This document shows, one piece after another, positions 1 to 14,212 of a stretch of DNA of 64,000 nt. The notes under the pieces were generated by a model that did no database searches, was not told where the DNA came from, and worked only from the letters and a program-made list of their open reading frames with translations. The position numbers and the translations under genes were made by a program. This DNA is from Octopus vulgaris. Lineage: Eukaryota. Numbering within the stretch: position 1 is the first letter of the stretch; each line of letters begins with the position of its first letter. The stretch is from assembly GCA_951406725.2 (NCBI GenBank), contig OX597831.1, positions 21,204,001 to 21,268,000 of the forward strand, in the 5' to 3' direction.

Positions 1-306
1 ACTTTTAGATATTCTAAACAATCCCCCGCATTAAACTATATCGATAGAATAAATCTCAATATTAACAGGTTATATTTGGAAAATTCTCACTTCATAGCTG
101 GAAATTTTCCACCTTCATGCTTTATCAAGAACAGAAAAATACCATTTCATTCTACAGTAACTTAGCCTGGTTTCATTTTAATTAGTTACTTTATTTCTTC
201 ATTATGCCAGAAAATGTCAATATGACCGAAACGCTGAAGTAACAGAAAAGTGTCTCATAAACACACATACAAAATGTGCGTGTATGTAAATATGTATATA
301 TGTATG

Positions 307-399
<93 letters not shown>

Positions 400-404
400 A
401 TAAT

Positions 405-475
405 AATATTAGGGAGTATAACTCCAAACTTACAGGGAAAAATTCAATTTAGTATTAAATCAAATTTCACAATAT
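405..475 (+). repeat. Short dispersed repeat; inverted relative at about 56368-56445
   Basis: AGGGA..TCCAAACTTACAGGGAAAAATTCAA..TCAAATT(T/C)CACA is shared, and both copies lie next to microsatellites. Confidence 0.5.
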
Positions 476-515
476 AAATATATAAAATATAAATTTTATT
501 TTTATTTCTATTTTC

Positions 516-561
<46 letters not shown>

Positions 562-566
<5 letters not shown>

Positions 567-775
567 ATCCAAACATGAAAACACAAAGAGAAAACACAAC
601 AACGCGAGGACGTGGAACAAATATAGTATTAATGGACGCTCAAGAAGGAAGGGAAGAAGGAGGGTTTAACGTTTCGAGCGGAGCTCTTCGTCAGAAACAC
701 AGGAAAAGGAAAGATCCGGAGAAGGGAAGACGGAGGAAAAAAATCGCCAACGGTACACCCGCGGTCACATTTTGT
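562..775 (-). mobile_element. Short hammerhead-bearing (Penelope pLTR/retrozyme-like) element in (TA)n
   Basis: Near-identical to 12152-12362, flanked by TA repeats and contains the 664-698 motif. Confidence 0.7.
664..698 (-). ncRNA. Minimal type I hammerhead ribozyme motif
   Basis: Minus-strand parse: GTTT | CTGACGA | A-GAGC-TCC-GCTC | GAAA | CG | TT^ | AAAC. Palindrome ACGT, GUU site and one extra A after A9. Confidence 0.6.
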
Positions 776-832
776 ATATACGTATATATATATGCATACA
801 TATATGAATGCATATTCAAGTATGTATAAATA

Positions 833-925
<93 letters not shown>

Positions 926-1139
926 GTGTGTGTGTACGTGTGTGTGTGTGTGTGTGTGTTATATACTTGTGTATATATCATATTTCTCTTATCTTTGATT
1001 TGTTTCAGACATTGAACTACGGCCATGCTGGAGCAGAGCGTTGGATTATTTTACTTTATGAAATCGACCTAATTTCTTATGGCATTCTACGTCCACACAA
1101 GCCCGCGAACAAACACACATGCATACATACACATGCATA

Positions 1140-1190
<51 letters not shown>

Positions 1191-1679
1191 ATATACTCAC
1201 GCTCACACACAAAGGTCTTTTTGCCAGTTTCCATCCACCACACATACATGTATATACAAATAAATTTGTATATTACGAATATTGACATGAACTTTTTTCC
1301 GATAATGTAGCGAATCTGCCCCCTCGCCACCTTAGTAATGATGATGATAATGAATATAACAACAAAAGCAGAAGCAGCAGCAGCACTAGCAGCAACAGCA
1401 ACAACAACGACGATCCGTCCTATAGCTCGCGCCCGTGCCGGGTGACACGTAGTTTTCTTGACAAAAGAGTTCATTTCACCTTGCTCTACGCTTGGGAGAG
1501 TGACAAAATCGTTGACGCGTCGGTAGAAATGCCTTACAGTATATATCCGGGTCTCTTCATTGTATGGTCAAATCACACCTGCCACATCACGCCAGTATTC
1601 ATGTGTGTGTTTGTAAATAAACATATTTGTTTATATATGCGTGTGAATGTGTGTGTATGCTCTCTCTTGCTCTCTCTTG

Positions 1680-1745
<66 letters not shown>

Positions 1746-1754
1746 ATATATATA

Positions 1755-2041
1755 GGAGTAGCTTGCTTACCAACCACATGGTTCTGGGTTCAGTCCCACT
1801 TCGTGGCACCTTGGTCTCTTCTACAATAGCCACGGGTCAACCAAAGCCTTGTGTGTCTGTGTTTGACAACCGCTTGACAACCGATGGTGGTGTGTTTACG
1901 TCACCGTAACTTAGCGGTTCGGCAAAAGAGACCGATAGAATAAGTACTACGCTTACAAACAATAAGTCCTGGGGCCGATTTGCTCGACTTAAGGTGGTGC
2001 TCCGGCATGGCCACAGTCAAATGACTGAAACAAGTAAAAGA

Positions 2042-2042
<1 letters not shown>
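1755..2042 (+). mobile_element. SINE family A, internally deleted
   Basis: Head and tail match family A; the middle is missing. Confidence 0.85.
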
Positions 2043-2120
<78 letters not shown>

Positions 2121-2461
2121 GTATTACATATATTACGTTCGTCTGATAGTCGAAAGATTCTTTCTGTTTACTTATTTGGTTTTCTAAATATCCATTCGTT
2201 TGCCTTGCCGAAAGGCTTAATGCTTTAGCTTAAGTCCCTGACGCAGCCGGTTTCGAGTGGTATGGGATAGAAGAGGGCAAAACTACGTGGACATTCCGGA
2301 CTGCAATTGAAGAAGCAATTAGCTGCGAATGATCTGTATATCTTGTTTTGTTTTGTTTGCCGTTGTCGTGCTATCGTCCTTTTTAACCTGCATGATGTTT
2401 GTTGGTGGTTTCCATTTGTTTTGTGTGTGTTTTTTTCTGTTCTACCTTTTATATATATATA

Positions 2462-3404
2462 TACACAGTACGATGAGTACATTGTCACCATTTTATTAAC
2501 CATTTTAATTACGTGCATGCACAATGTTTGTTTTTGATTTTGTTCACTACACTGTAAAGTAGCGTCAGTTGGACACCATCAGTGAGAAGAAGAGCACCAT
2601 GATGCAATTTAGATAGATATATAGATGTATAATCGTTTGGCGTGTGATTTCCTGGAGACTTCATAGGCGACTGACTCAATATGACTTAAAATCAAAACTT
2701 GTCATATCGTCACTAATCTGATTTTGGGGAAACTACTCAACTAATCTCAGTTCAAATAACAGAAATTTGGAAACGAACCGCTGTACTGCTTGGCATTTGC
2801 ACAGGAAGCTCTAATACGAAAATATCAGAGTGTTTAGGTATCAATCTGAGGAGAGTGCAATCTGAAGACATGTACCCAGAATGATAAAAATCAAGCATCC
2901 AGTCAACATCATGATGTTTGGAGTGTTCACTAGTGATAGCGACGTTATGCCCCCATTCATCTTCCTATAAGGCCTGAACCTCAACACAGAGGCCTACATC
3001 AAGCTCCTGGAAGAAGTAGTGCTGACCTGTGTCAAGACCCTGTTGGAAGACCCTATGACCTTTGTCTGGCAACAGGACTCTGCAGCAAGCCATACTAGCA
3101 GGAGAAGACAGTCATGGCTGTCAGACAATTACTCCTAACATCTGGCCACTTAATTCCCCAGATTGCAACATCTTTGATTATTATGTATGGGGCACAGTTG
3201 AACGAGAGACCAACAAAACTCCTTATAACAAGAAAGGTGAACTGAAGGCAACGATTATGGCAGCATTCACCAGATTAAACAAGGAAACCGTCCAGAAGAG
3301 TTGTAGCAGATTCCGAAGTCGTCTGGAGGTCGAGATTGAAGCGAATGGCGATTGTATTGAATATATTTACTCTTTCGTGTTTCAAGGTATTTTTATGTAA
3401 CTTT

Positions 3405-3447
<43 letters not shown>

Positions 3448-3586
3448 GCCTCGTGTTTCAAGGTATTTTTATGTAATTTTGGTATATATATATATATATA
3501 TATATATGTATGCATCTGTTAAATGAGATGTCAGTGTTATTTTCATTTTGCGTAATTTTTGACGAGTTTATTCACTGCACTCTGTA
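2462..3586 (+). mobile_element. Internally deleted Tc1/mariner transposon (maT/Bmmar-like)
   Basis: Transposase remnants: N-terminal EIWKR, HPVNIMMFGV, WQQDSA and IWPLNSPDCNIFDYYVWG..RFRSRLEVEIEANG. Decayed TIRs with TA flanks. An unrelated insert occupies about 2610-2758. Confidence 0.8.
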
Positions 3587-4745
3587 TATTGAATTATGTA
3601 CACATGTCCATGTGTCGCTGAGTATGTGTCCTTATGTCAGTTTGTGTATGTATTTATACAATGAATTTTTTTTTCCATGTACAGCATGATTCGAAGAAAA
3701 ATTATTGTAGAAAAATAAAAGCTAAATGCAAAGTGATGGCTCTTTAACCTATATCTGAGAAAGAACATTTACTTCCTCGGAGCAGCTGAATCCAATTATA
3801 TTCGTAGATGTTCCAAAGTGCCATTACCATTATCACTTCCATGTATACATGTCATATAAAATTCGTTAATCACTTTTATTCCACGTTTCAAATCCCGCAA
3901 GCAACATACAGAAAAGATTCATTCATCTTCTGCTTTAATCTGTTCATTCTTTATAAAAAATTTTTTCATTTCTTTCTTTTCAAAAGAAAACACAACATAG
4001 ACCCTATTGAAAAATATCATTGGCAGGAAATATAAATTAAGATGTCATTTATTTCTATAAAAGCAACTTCACTTCCAATTATTCCATCCAACATTTATTC
4101 AAAGACGAAAAATACGACACAAACAGCACAACCATATACAAGGGGTGTATGAAAAGTCTTGAGCCTCAAAAAACCCCCCAAAAAACAAAAGAACAAAAAA
4201 CATGGCACAAGACATTTGATAAAGGTACAAGACTTCAAGGCTCAAAGGCATTGAAGGCTCAATACACACACTTGGAAATTAACACACACATACCCTCGCA
4301 CTTCCATAAACACATAGGTAAATCAGCATCTTAAAACCGGTATTAAATTACTTTTTCATTCAATTCAATTTCCATAACATACCTTCCATCATCATTTTGC
4401 TATACTTCACTTCCCTCTAACCATTATATTTACAACTTGTTTAGAAGCATGCTAGAGTAGTTTCGGTAATTAGACTCTTCCATTTCCCATCGCAAAACTA
4501 TAACTTTAACATTTCAAAGTTGTCTGAATAAAACAGGTTGTTTTGGAAAAAATTAAAGTAAGCGCCAATGCCTCTGTTGCTTACAGGAGATGCGGATTCG
4601 AGTTCCACGTGTAGCTTTGGACATTCCCGATCCAAAAGGGTATTTGACCAACTCATTACATACCATTATTTATAGCTTCATGTGCCTCTAAGATCCACAA
4701 CTCCAAAAATGGAATATGAGTATACTCACACATACGTGCATACGC

Positions 4746-4855
<110 letters not shown>

Positions 4856-5161
4856 ATTTATGTATGTGTATGTATGTGTGTGTGAGTGTATGCGTATAGA
4901 AATGTATATGTATAGCGTGCACAGAGTTTACGAGATATCTTTTATATCAAGACAAAACCAGGTACATGATAACACTTCCAATCAATTAAGATCAGAAGCC
5001 ATGGGAGCTACTGCCTGGTACTGTATCAGGGCAGTAATGACTATTATTATTATTATTATTATTATCATTATTGTTATTATTAATATTATTGTTGTTGTTG
5101 TTGTTATTGCTATTGTTATTGTTATTGTTGTTGTTGCTGTAGCTATTCTTGTTGTTGTTAT

Positions 5162-5590
5162 ATGAAGATTTACAGCTCATTTTGCTGAGTCAAATGGAAG
5201 GTGTCAGCTGTCTACAGCCAGTAGACCAAGGTGACGCTTCTTTACTGGTATCACGTCTAGTCTCTTCATTGACCACAAGCTTCGTATTTCCCACTTTATA
5301 TCTTCGTAATTGTTTACTTTTTCTTCTTTCACATTGCTCCTTTTGTCACCCGGGCATGCTACGTCGATAACCATACATGTTCATTCTTCTTTATTTATTG
5401 CACCAATATCCGGTTTCATATGTCTGGTCAGGTGATCACACTGGCTCATTGCATCCCACAAGATTTTGCAGTTCTCATTTTCGGTGATTCCTGATGGTGG
5501 TTCCTAACACATCTTTGCTCTTTGTAAGTAGTGATTTCCACAGAGCTCCCGATGGATCAATCTTGCCACATTCCCATGGCGTCGTTTAGG
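5162..5590 (-). mobile_element. Decayed R4/Dong-like LINE endonuclease fragment
   Basis: The minus strand translates to RRHGNVARLIH..ENENCKILWD..KPDI..IDVACPGD..KWEIRSLWSM with stops. The 3' end abuts an (AAT/AAC)n tract. Confidence 0.75.
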
Positions 5591-5659
5591 CATTGTTTAG
5601 AACAGTCCAAGATCTAGTAACTTTTGTGAAATGTCAAGTGACTAACTCTTGTACTCAAT

Positions 5660-6014
5660 AACTGGTTCTCAACCAGAGTCCATATGCCACCTGCGGATCC
5701 ATGTAAGATACCTGGAGGTCTATACCAGTAACGGGTCTACGCTAGTAACATTATAAAGGTTGGGTCTGCGGTGGCATTTTAAACGTCCATTTTAAACGTT
5801 TTGATTTAAATGTATCTATTGCAAGAAACAGATGGATTTTTTTTCTTTAAGTTTGTACATAGTTCAACCTACACAAGTGAATGTAGAGATGTTAAAATGG
5901 GAATATTGATAGATCTATCTATAAAACTAGTTTTTAATCGTCGAATGTTTAAGGGTTCCAAATAAAATAGTAATGAAAGGGGCCCATAGAGAAAAAAATT
6001 TCTGAGAACATCTG
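5660..6014. mobile_element. Decayed hAT-like MITE
   Basis: Ends CTGGTTCTCAACC and CTGAGAACATCTG resemble CAGTGGTTCTCAA-type TIRs. Internal GG(G/A)TCCAT-like subterminal motifs are present. Confidence 0.45.
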
Positions 6015-6442
6015 GACTAAATGAATTACTTGCAATTTTTCACTGACGTTTTATAATTTATCGATCATAAATATCCGAAATCTATGATCGATATCTTATT
6101 GGAGATTTCATGTTGTGATTATGCAAGTATCTTCCGGAAGTCAGGTTGACCCATAGGCTTCTGTTCGTTCTCACTTCTTACCGGAGAATACGGAAGGAGT
6201 AAATTGGAAGATAGGATAAAGTAAGACGAAAGATAAATCGTAAAAATATTCCAGTGAATTAACCGAATGAATATAATATATGAATATATAGACATACAAT
6301 GCGGGCATACATACCGACACACATAAACATGTTCACATAATACACATACATATTCATAAAGTTCTGTAGATAAACATACAGACAATAGCATTTATGTCAA
6401 CGTGTGTGTGTGTGAGTGTGGGGGGAATGCGAGTATTTGCGT

Positions 6443-6743
6443 GTGTATGTGCGCGTGCGTGCGGTGTGTTGAGTATCTGTGCGTACGTGAGTGTGTTTGA
6501 GTGTGTCTTGTATGTATGTGTGTGCGTGTGCGTTGTATGTGTATGTATGTGTGTATATCTAAACACACACATACATACACATACAACGCACACGCACACA
6601 CATACATACAACACACACTCAAACTCACTCACGTACGCACAGATACTCAACACACCGCACGCACGCGCACATACACATACGGACGCATTCACACACACAT
6701 ATATACATATATGTATATATGTGTGTGTGAGTGCGTCCGTATG
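6443..6743. repeat. Two adjacent near-perfect palindromes (~110-bp and ~33-bp arms)
   Basis: 6443-6554 is the reverse complement of about 6565-6676 with 2 mismatches. 6676-6743 is a second palindrome (CATACGGACGCA..TGCGTCCGTATG). Confidence 0.9.
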
Positions 6744-6787
<44 letters not shown>

Positions 6788-7067
6788 CGCACACACACAC
6801 ACACAAACACACACATTCATACAACTATGCACACAGAGAATCATACACACACACACACACTCACACACGCACATACACGCACACATATACATGTCTAAGA
6901 ATGTTATAAAGCAACACTGTTCATTGTCATTTATCGCAGAAACAGCCGTATGCTGAAAGTAATTACGTAAATCTTGTTATTGTGTTCATTTATTAAATAT
7001 AGATATACATGCGGACACACAGACAGACATAATACGAACGCGCGTGGGTGCGCACACACACTCCGAT

Positions 7068-7121
<54 letters not shown>

Positions 7122-7239
7122 GGTAAGGTTGTAACTTATACTGTTCGTAAAATAGCAATTAACATGGCTTCTAATTTATCTTTAAAATGGATGGTACAGT
7201 ACTCCTAGTTACACATACAGATAAACGGACAGACAGACA

Positions 7240-7276
<37 letters not shown>

Positions 7277-7504
7277 GCACACACATACACACATACGGAA
7301 ATGTAAGACATGATCGAAGCTACGAATTTGGTAGTGACCATCCAGTGGTAATGAATCGCTTATAAACTTGTTAACCATTTAGAGCTTAGTTTAAATGTAT
7401 TAATTATATTAATTTACACATAATATTAAAATTATATTAGTAGGACATCATTGTTACATTTGTTATATATATATATATATCTAGCATATCGTTATCTTTT
7501 TTAT

Positions 7505-7690
7505 GTTTTAGTGTTTCAGTAGTTGGACTGTGGTCACGTTGGAACACAGCGTTAAAGGGATGAATTCGTAAAAATCGACCGCGTTGATTATCTTTTTAAA
7601 ATGTCTGTTACGTATTCTATAGGTGTCTCTTGCCGAATCACTAACTCACAGAGAAGGTAAACGGATTAAACAATACCGGCTAATGAGCAA
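7505..7690 (-). mobile_element. Highly diverged SINE family A 3' half
   Basis: TGTTTCAG..GACTGTGGTCACGTTGGAACAC..TTCTATAGGTGTCTCTTGCCGAA. Confidence 0.5.
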
Positions 7691-8308
7691 AACACATACA
7701 TTAAGTATATGCGGTCGATAATGCTTACAGCACAAGCGCTGCTTTTGCTTCGTCATTGAATACCTCCCCGCGCGCCCACACACATACATGTATGCATGTA
7801 TGCATGTATGTACGTATACACACACACACGCACACACACAGAGGATTGCAATACGAGCTACTATTAGTTTCATGCTGCGGTAACACAATAAATTCGCAGA
7901 TGTATATGCCATTACCCGCACTTTCATAGAATGAAACTAAAAGCAGCACGAGTTTAGATATTGTGTGTAATAAGTGATATTTATTTCTTACTGGACGCTG
8001 TACATATTTTGTTAGACCTATCAAAAAATGCTGCAGTTACTATTTTTGTATACACACAAACCCATACACACACACACAAACACGCATGCACACGCCCACA
8101 CATACGTATATATGCATATATATATATATATATGACTTCCCTTCACAAATACTGATAGGAAACAGAAAGTGTGTCTATAGCCAGCTGGAGGAGGCGTCTT
8201 CCTGGGGCTACAAACTACAGTAGCATCCACCCTTAGGGGTTAGCCGTATTCAAATGGCAAATATACGTCACTATATATATATATACATGTACATATATAT
8301 ATACATAC

Positions 8309-8361
<53 letters not shown>

Positions 8362-8446
8362 TACTTACGTACACACTTATATCTATCAATATATCTCTGT
8401 ACAAGCATATATCATATATACGTACGTATATAAGCGCACGTATATA

Positions 8447-8827
8447 AGCGCAGGATTAGCTTGCTTACAAACCACATGGTTCCGGGTTCAGTCCCACTGC
8501 GCGGCACCTTGGGCAAGTGTCTTCTACTATAGCCTCGGGCCGAGCAAAGCCTTGTGAGTGGATCTGGTAGACGGAAATTGAAAGAAGGTCGTCGTATAAA
8601 TGTATACATATATGTGTGTGTATGTGTGTCTGTGTTTGTCTCCCCAACATCGCTTGACAACCGATGCTGGTCTGTTTACGTCCCCGTAACCAAGCGGTTC
8701 GGCAAAAGAGACCGATAGAATAAGTACTAGGCTTACACAGAATAAGCCATGGCGTGGATTTGCTCGACTAAAGGCGGTGCTCTAGCATGGTCGCATCCAA
8801 ATGACTCAAACAAGCAAAAGAATAAAG
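8447..8827 (+). mobile_element. SINE family A
   Basis: Colinear with 63475-63881, with a small deletion in the head. Confidence 0.88.
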
Positions 8828-9106
8828 ATTAGAACACGTTATCTCAGCGCTTTCGTGAGGGTAAAAACGACATGAGAGATACGCTCACTTTATTTAAGGC
8901 AGATTTGTGCGACATAAAGCAAAACTAACCTGTGAGTTCTGGCCGTTCACGCATCCGTATAGCACCTCCCACAACATAAAGGAAATTGTAATTTATCGAT
9001 TAAAAGTGTTGACCAAATAAACATTTCAGCAAATATGTGTTAAGTCATACAGTAACAATATGGTCGGTTGACACGAAACTTTTACCTCCAAGGCAACACA
9101 GGACAT

Positions 9107-9148
<42 letters not shown>

Positions 9149-9397
9149 TGTGTGTGTGTGTGTGTGTGGTGTGTGTGTGAATGTACATGCATATATATAT
9201 ATATATAAATATATTTATGTAAATATATGCATATCTATATATATGAATGCATATATATATATATATATATATATATCTGTCTATATATATGTATATATAT
9301 AAGTATATATACATATACATATATATATACATATTTATACATATATGTATGAATGATGTATGAGTGCATCTATATATATATATATATGTATATATGC

Positions 9398-9454
<57 letters not shown>

Positions 9455-9968
9455 TATGCATATATATATATATATATGTGTGTGTATATGTACTTATGTA
9501 TATATATTTACGTTGCTGGAGGGTAATTCTTAGATTCTTAGAGAGCATTTGCTTTAACATAATCTTGCTGAGACAACATACGTGTCTGACAATCAATTCG
9601 GTTGTAATCAAGAACACACGTGTTCTCTCGGGGACACTGTATATATTGTAAAATTAGCTAGTATTGATAAGTTTATATTCCCTGAGGAGAGTTGAGTTTT
9701 GTGGATATGTCCGTGTCTGTATTGTCTATGAATGTAAATCTATGCAAGCACACACCAGCATATTTATATATACACATATGTAAATGACGATTATACGTAG
9801 ATATAATTGAGTATGTTTCTATATAAATCATTTATACTTGAATACATACATGCACACATACATACATATATAATAATGTATGAAATGGTAAATGATAGAG
9901 AATGATGAATAATTTTCAATATATTCATCAATTACATACACACAAAACACACACACACGCACGCACAT

Positions 9969-10001
<33 letters not shown>

Positions 10002-10042
10002 CGTGTGTGTGGCTATATAAGTAAATGCATATGTCCTTTAAG

Positions 10043-10074
<32 letters not shown>

Positions 10075-10911
10075 TATACATTTGCATATAAATACATACA
10101 TATATATGTATACATGTACATATATATTTTTGTGTATATATTTATATATATATATATATATATATACATATGCACACACATATATATATATATAGACACA
10201 CATACATACATACATCACTATGTATATGTACATAAGTACACACACACAACATTTACACAAACACACACATGCACTTGTATTTATATATTCGCATGCATGA
10301 ACAACGTTTGAACGGCAAAAATTCTCATCCTATTTCTTAACATAGCGTAAGGAATTTAAACATCTTCAACGTAACATTATATTACATTTAGAAATATTCC
10401 ATGATAAAGTTTAATACATTTACTCTTCACTTTGTTATTCAAACTCTTATCACTAGACACTTTTACTTATTTCTCTCACACCTTGAGGCTACGCTTTTAC
10501 AATTATCATTGGTCAAGAATGTTGTCTGTTTTGTATATGATAACCAATCGCCGGATGTGATGGGTCGCAAGTGCAATGACTTGCTGATGACGTCTATTAG
10601 GGTTGAAGCAAATTTTGAAAGTGACGTTATGTTTTGAAATATCACTGAAATATCACTGAGTTTTCTTGCAGCATCGAAAATATAGTCTTTGTGTGTGTGT
10701 ATGATTTTTTTTTATCCTTGCTCCTTTTTGCTTGAAGTTACCATCCATTCCCGTTCAAAATAATTAACGTGACTTGACACGATTGAAAACCAAGAAAAAA
10801 AAAATTCACTAAGCAGTTCTATGACTCTTAATCCTAGCAACACTGATGCTTCCAACACCCTTAGTCACTGTTTAATGACGGGGAATGAAGCATATGTATA
10901 TATTTATGGAC

Positions 10912-10986
<75 letters not shown>

Positions 10987-11073
10987 TTGAGAATAAAATC
11001 AACGATATATTTAAATTTAAATAAATTTAATTAAATTATCAAATTAGTAAATTAAATAATAGACTTATAGTTA

Positions 11074-11075
<2 letters not shown>

Positions 11076-11126
<51 letters not shown>

Positions 11127-11214
11127 TAATAATAGTAATAGTGATAATAACAATAATAATAATAGTAGTAGCAGTAGCTAATATTATTATTATAATTATT
11201 ATTATTATTATTAT

Positions 11215-11250
<36 letters not shown>

Positions 11251-11322
11251 TAGAAGTAGTAGTGGTGGTGGTGGGGGTAGTAGTAGTTAGTAGTAGTAGT
11301 AGTAGTAGTAGTAGTATAAGTA
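11076..11322. repeat. Compound (AAT)n/(AGT)n microsatellite
   Basis: Seen directly in the sequence. Confidence 0.95.
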
Positions 11323-11704
11323 GCAATACAAGGGAGGGGTATACATAAGTATATTAAGCATTAATACTACCATTCACGATTTAAAGATGGTCAGTGTGTG
11401 CAGGCTACTAAAATTCCAGCAGAGATGAAAGTTTCGGATCTAGTCTATTTTTGGAAGCATGTCAACACCACGTGTATTTCAACTGGAATTGTATCTAATT
11501 TAGATTCTATCTGAACAATGCAGTTGACTCCACCCTGAAGAGACGCCAATTACCAATTACTGCACATAACGATGCAAATTTTGCAGTGTGCAGCGATTGC
11601 TGCAGAAAGATATGTAGGTACAGAAATGATAAGAGGTAATTAAGTGCAGAATAAAACTGTATATCAATCTCTGTTTTCCCTTATTGTAAATTCATTATAT
11701 ATAT

Positions 11705-11895
11705 TTTAAAATGTAACACATGTGATGGATGGCGAATTTTTTTTTCTCCCTCTACTTTTTTTCTTGGACTTTCCTCCGTCTCCTGTTTCTGACGAAGAGT
11801 TTTCCCCGGAACGTGAAAACAAACTTTGTTTCCTTCCCTGAGCGTATATTAATACTTTGCATTACCACGTCCCCGTGTTCTTTCTTCGCTCATCT
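11705..11895 (+). mobile_element. Diverged inverted copy of the same element
   Basis: Reverse-complement similarity to 562-775 (AAATGT..GGCGA..TTTTTT..GTTTCTGACGAAGAG..CCTGAGCGT..AATACT..CCACGTCC). The hammerhead core at 11789-11795 is retained but GAAA is mutated. Confidence 0.55.
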
Positions 11896-11900
11896 CTCTC

Positions 11901-11947
<47 letters not shown>

Positions 11948-12013
11948 TATATTGAGGGTACTACTATTCGTAGATACCAACACGCTACGAGGGACCAATG
12001 CGGTCAAAACTAC

Positions 12014-12077
<64 letters not shown>

Positions 12078-12104
12078 TATATACATATACATACATACAT
12101 ATGT

Positions 12105-12151
<47 letters not shown>

Positions 12152-12157
<6 letters not shown>

Positions 12158-12362
12158 ATCCAAACAAGAAAGCACAAAAAGGACGTGGAACAATTATAGT
12201 ATAATTGGACGCTCAGGAAAGAAGGAAAGAAGGAGGGTTTAACGTTTCGAGCGGAGCTCTTCGTCGGAAACATAGGAGAAGGAAAGATCCAGAGAAGGGA
12301 AGACAGAGGTGAAAAAAGAGGAAAAAAAATCGCCAACGGTACACACGAGGTCACATTTTGAA
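12152..12362 (-). mobile_element. Second copy of the 562-775 element
   Basis: Shares TAGTTAATCCAAACA...GGACGTGGAACAA...CGAGCGGAGCTCTTCGTC...AATCGCCAACGGTACAC...GGTCACATTTTG. Confidence 0.7.
12237..12271 (-). ncRNA. Hammerhead motif of the same family as 664-698, with core CCGACGA
   Basis: Same as the 664-698 motif except for a U4C change. Confidence 0.5.
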
Positions 12363-13210
12363 AGACGGGAAGGAAAAGGGTCATATATATATATGGGCAT
12401 GCACACAAGCTATTATGTGCTCTTTCTAAGACACATAGAAATACACATATAGTCCTATCGTCTTCATTAGACCGTTGCTTCTTTGTTTCAAGAATTATCG
12501 TCGTAATTTTTCTTGAAATATCCGTTCATTTAGACGGATGTAAAATATCATCTTTCGGCACATTTTTTCATTTGGGGGAGTCTTATATTCACCACATGTC
12601 GTAACCAGTCGCATTACGTTGTAGCCACTGGTAATTAATTAACATTTAGTATTTGGTTTCAAGTACAATGCCCATGTCACGGTTTGAGCGCCGAATGCGT
12701 TTACATTAACGTCATATTCCCAGTATTCATGTGTTCCTGAATCGCTAGTATTATGGGGCTTCTACGCTGAAATCGCTTTAGCTTCAGCGCATGTCTCAGA
12801 TAATATAACTCGCTTGGCAAGTGCACCTCCCAAATCTTACAAAATACTTCAGTTATGTTGAAGTGCATTTGCTGAATCTGTAAGGAATACACTTCAACAT
12901 AACTGACATAAATAGCAAAGGAAGAGTATTTCGAAGATGTTCCAACACAAGTTATCCCAGAAATATAATTCTAAACGTATTAAAACGTCACGTTTAAAAA
13001 TACTTAAATCTCAAACAAATGGAGAAGAATTGTCACAGTGCAGTCATTGCTTCGTGTAGATGTACGAGTTTACATATACATACATACGTACGTACGTACG
13101 AAATACCTACATATATACAAATAAACACACGCACATACATACGCACACACATATATAAATATATAAATACATATATATAAATACATATATATATATATAA
13201 AAAAAAATAA

Positions 13211-13293
<83 letters not shown>

Positions 13294-13464
13294 ATTATAT
13301 CCTATAAAGGCTCATAACAAACCGTATGCTTGTTAAATATTCATATTTTTAAATAAATACTTATGCTAGTAAGCTACAATTTTAATATGAAGAATCTTTA
13401 TTAGAAATCTAACCTTGGTCCGCCACAAAGCAAAAATGTTCTAATCGAACTCAACCTTTCTCTT

Positions 13465-13519
<55 letters not shown>

Positions 13520-13962
13520 TATATATGTACATTTATATTGACTTTTCAGATGAAACATATCTTCTATTATATGAAAGATATCCATATATTACTGTACAAG
13601 TTCACGAACATTTCGATGTTTAGATAACTCTAAAAAAATAATAACTCTCATGGGATACTTCAAGTATGTTGAAATACATTTCTTTAGAAATACAAACATC
13701 AAACAGAGAGTATTTTTAAATGGAGTATTTTTTTAATCTTTTTTATTTTATTTCTTTCGGTGATTAGACTGCTGTCATATAAAGGTGACACCTTGAAGAA
13801 TGTTTTTATCCAAATAAATCGACCCAGCACTTCCTTATTTGTTAAGACTGATGCATATTCTATTGGATAATTATGTCGAACGGCAAAGTTCCCTGGACGT
13901 AACCACATCAGCATCTACTGTGAAGTGGTGGTGGGGAATAAACACAGACAAAAAATACAAAG

Positions 13963-14010
<48 letters not shown>

Positions 14011-14044
14011 TCACACACACACATTCACACACACATACACACAT

Positions 14045-14212
14045 ACAAGTGTGGGTTTTTTTCAGCTTCCATCTACCAAATCCACTCGCAAGACTGTGGT
14101 TGGTCCAAGATTATACAAGAAAAAATATATTCCCAAGTTCTCACGCAGTGGGACTGGACCAGGATCCATGTAATTGGGTAGCAAGCTACTTACCACACAG
14201 CCACGCCTGCGC
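14045..14212 (-). mobile_element. SINE family A 5' half, diverged
   Basis: GCAAGCTACTTACCACACAGCCACGCCTGCGCC is the reverse complement of the head. Confidence 0.75.
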
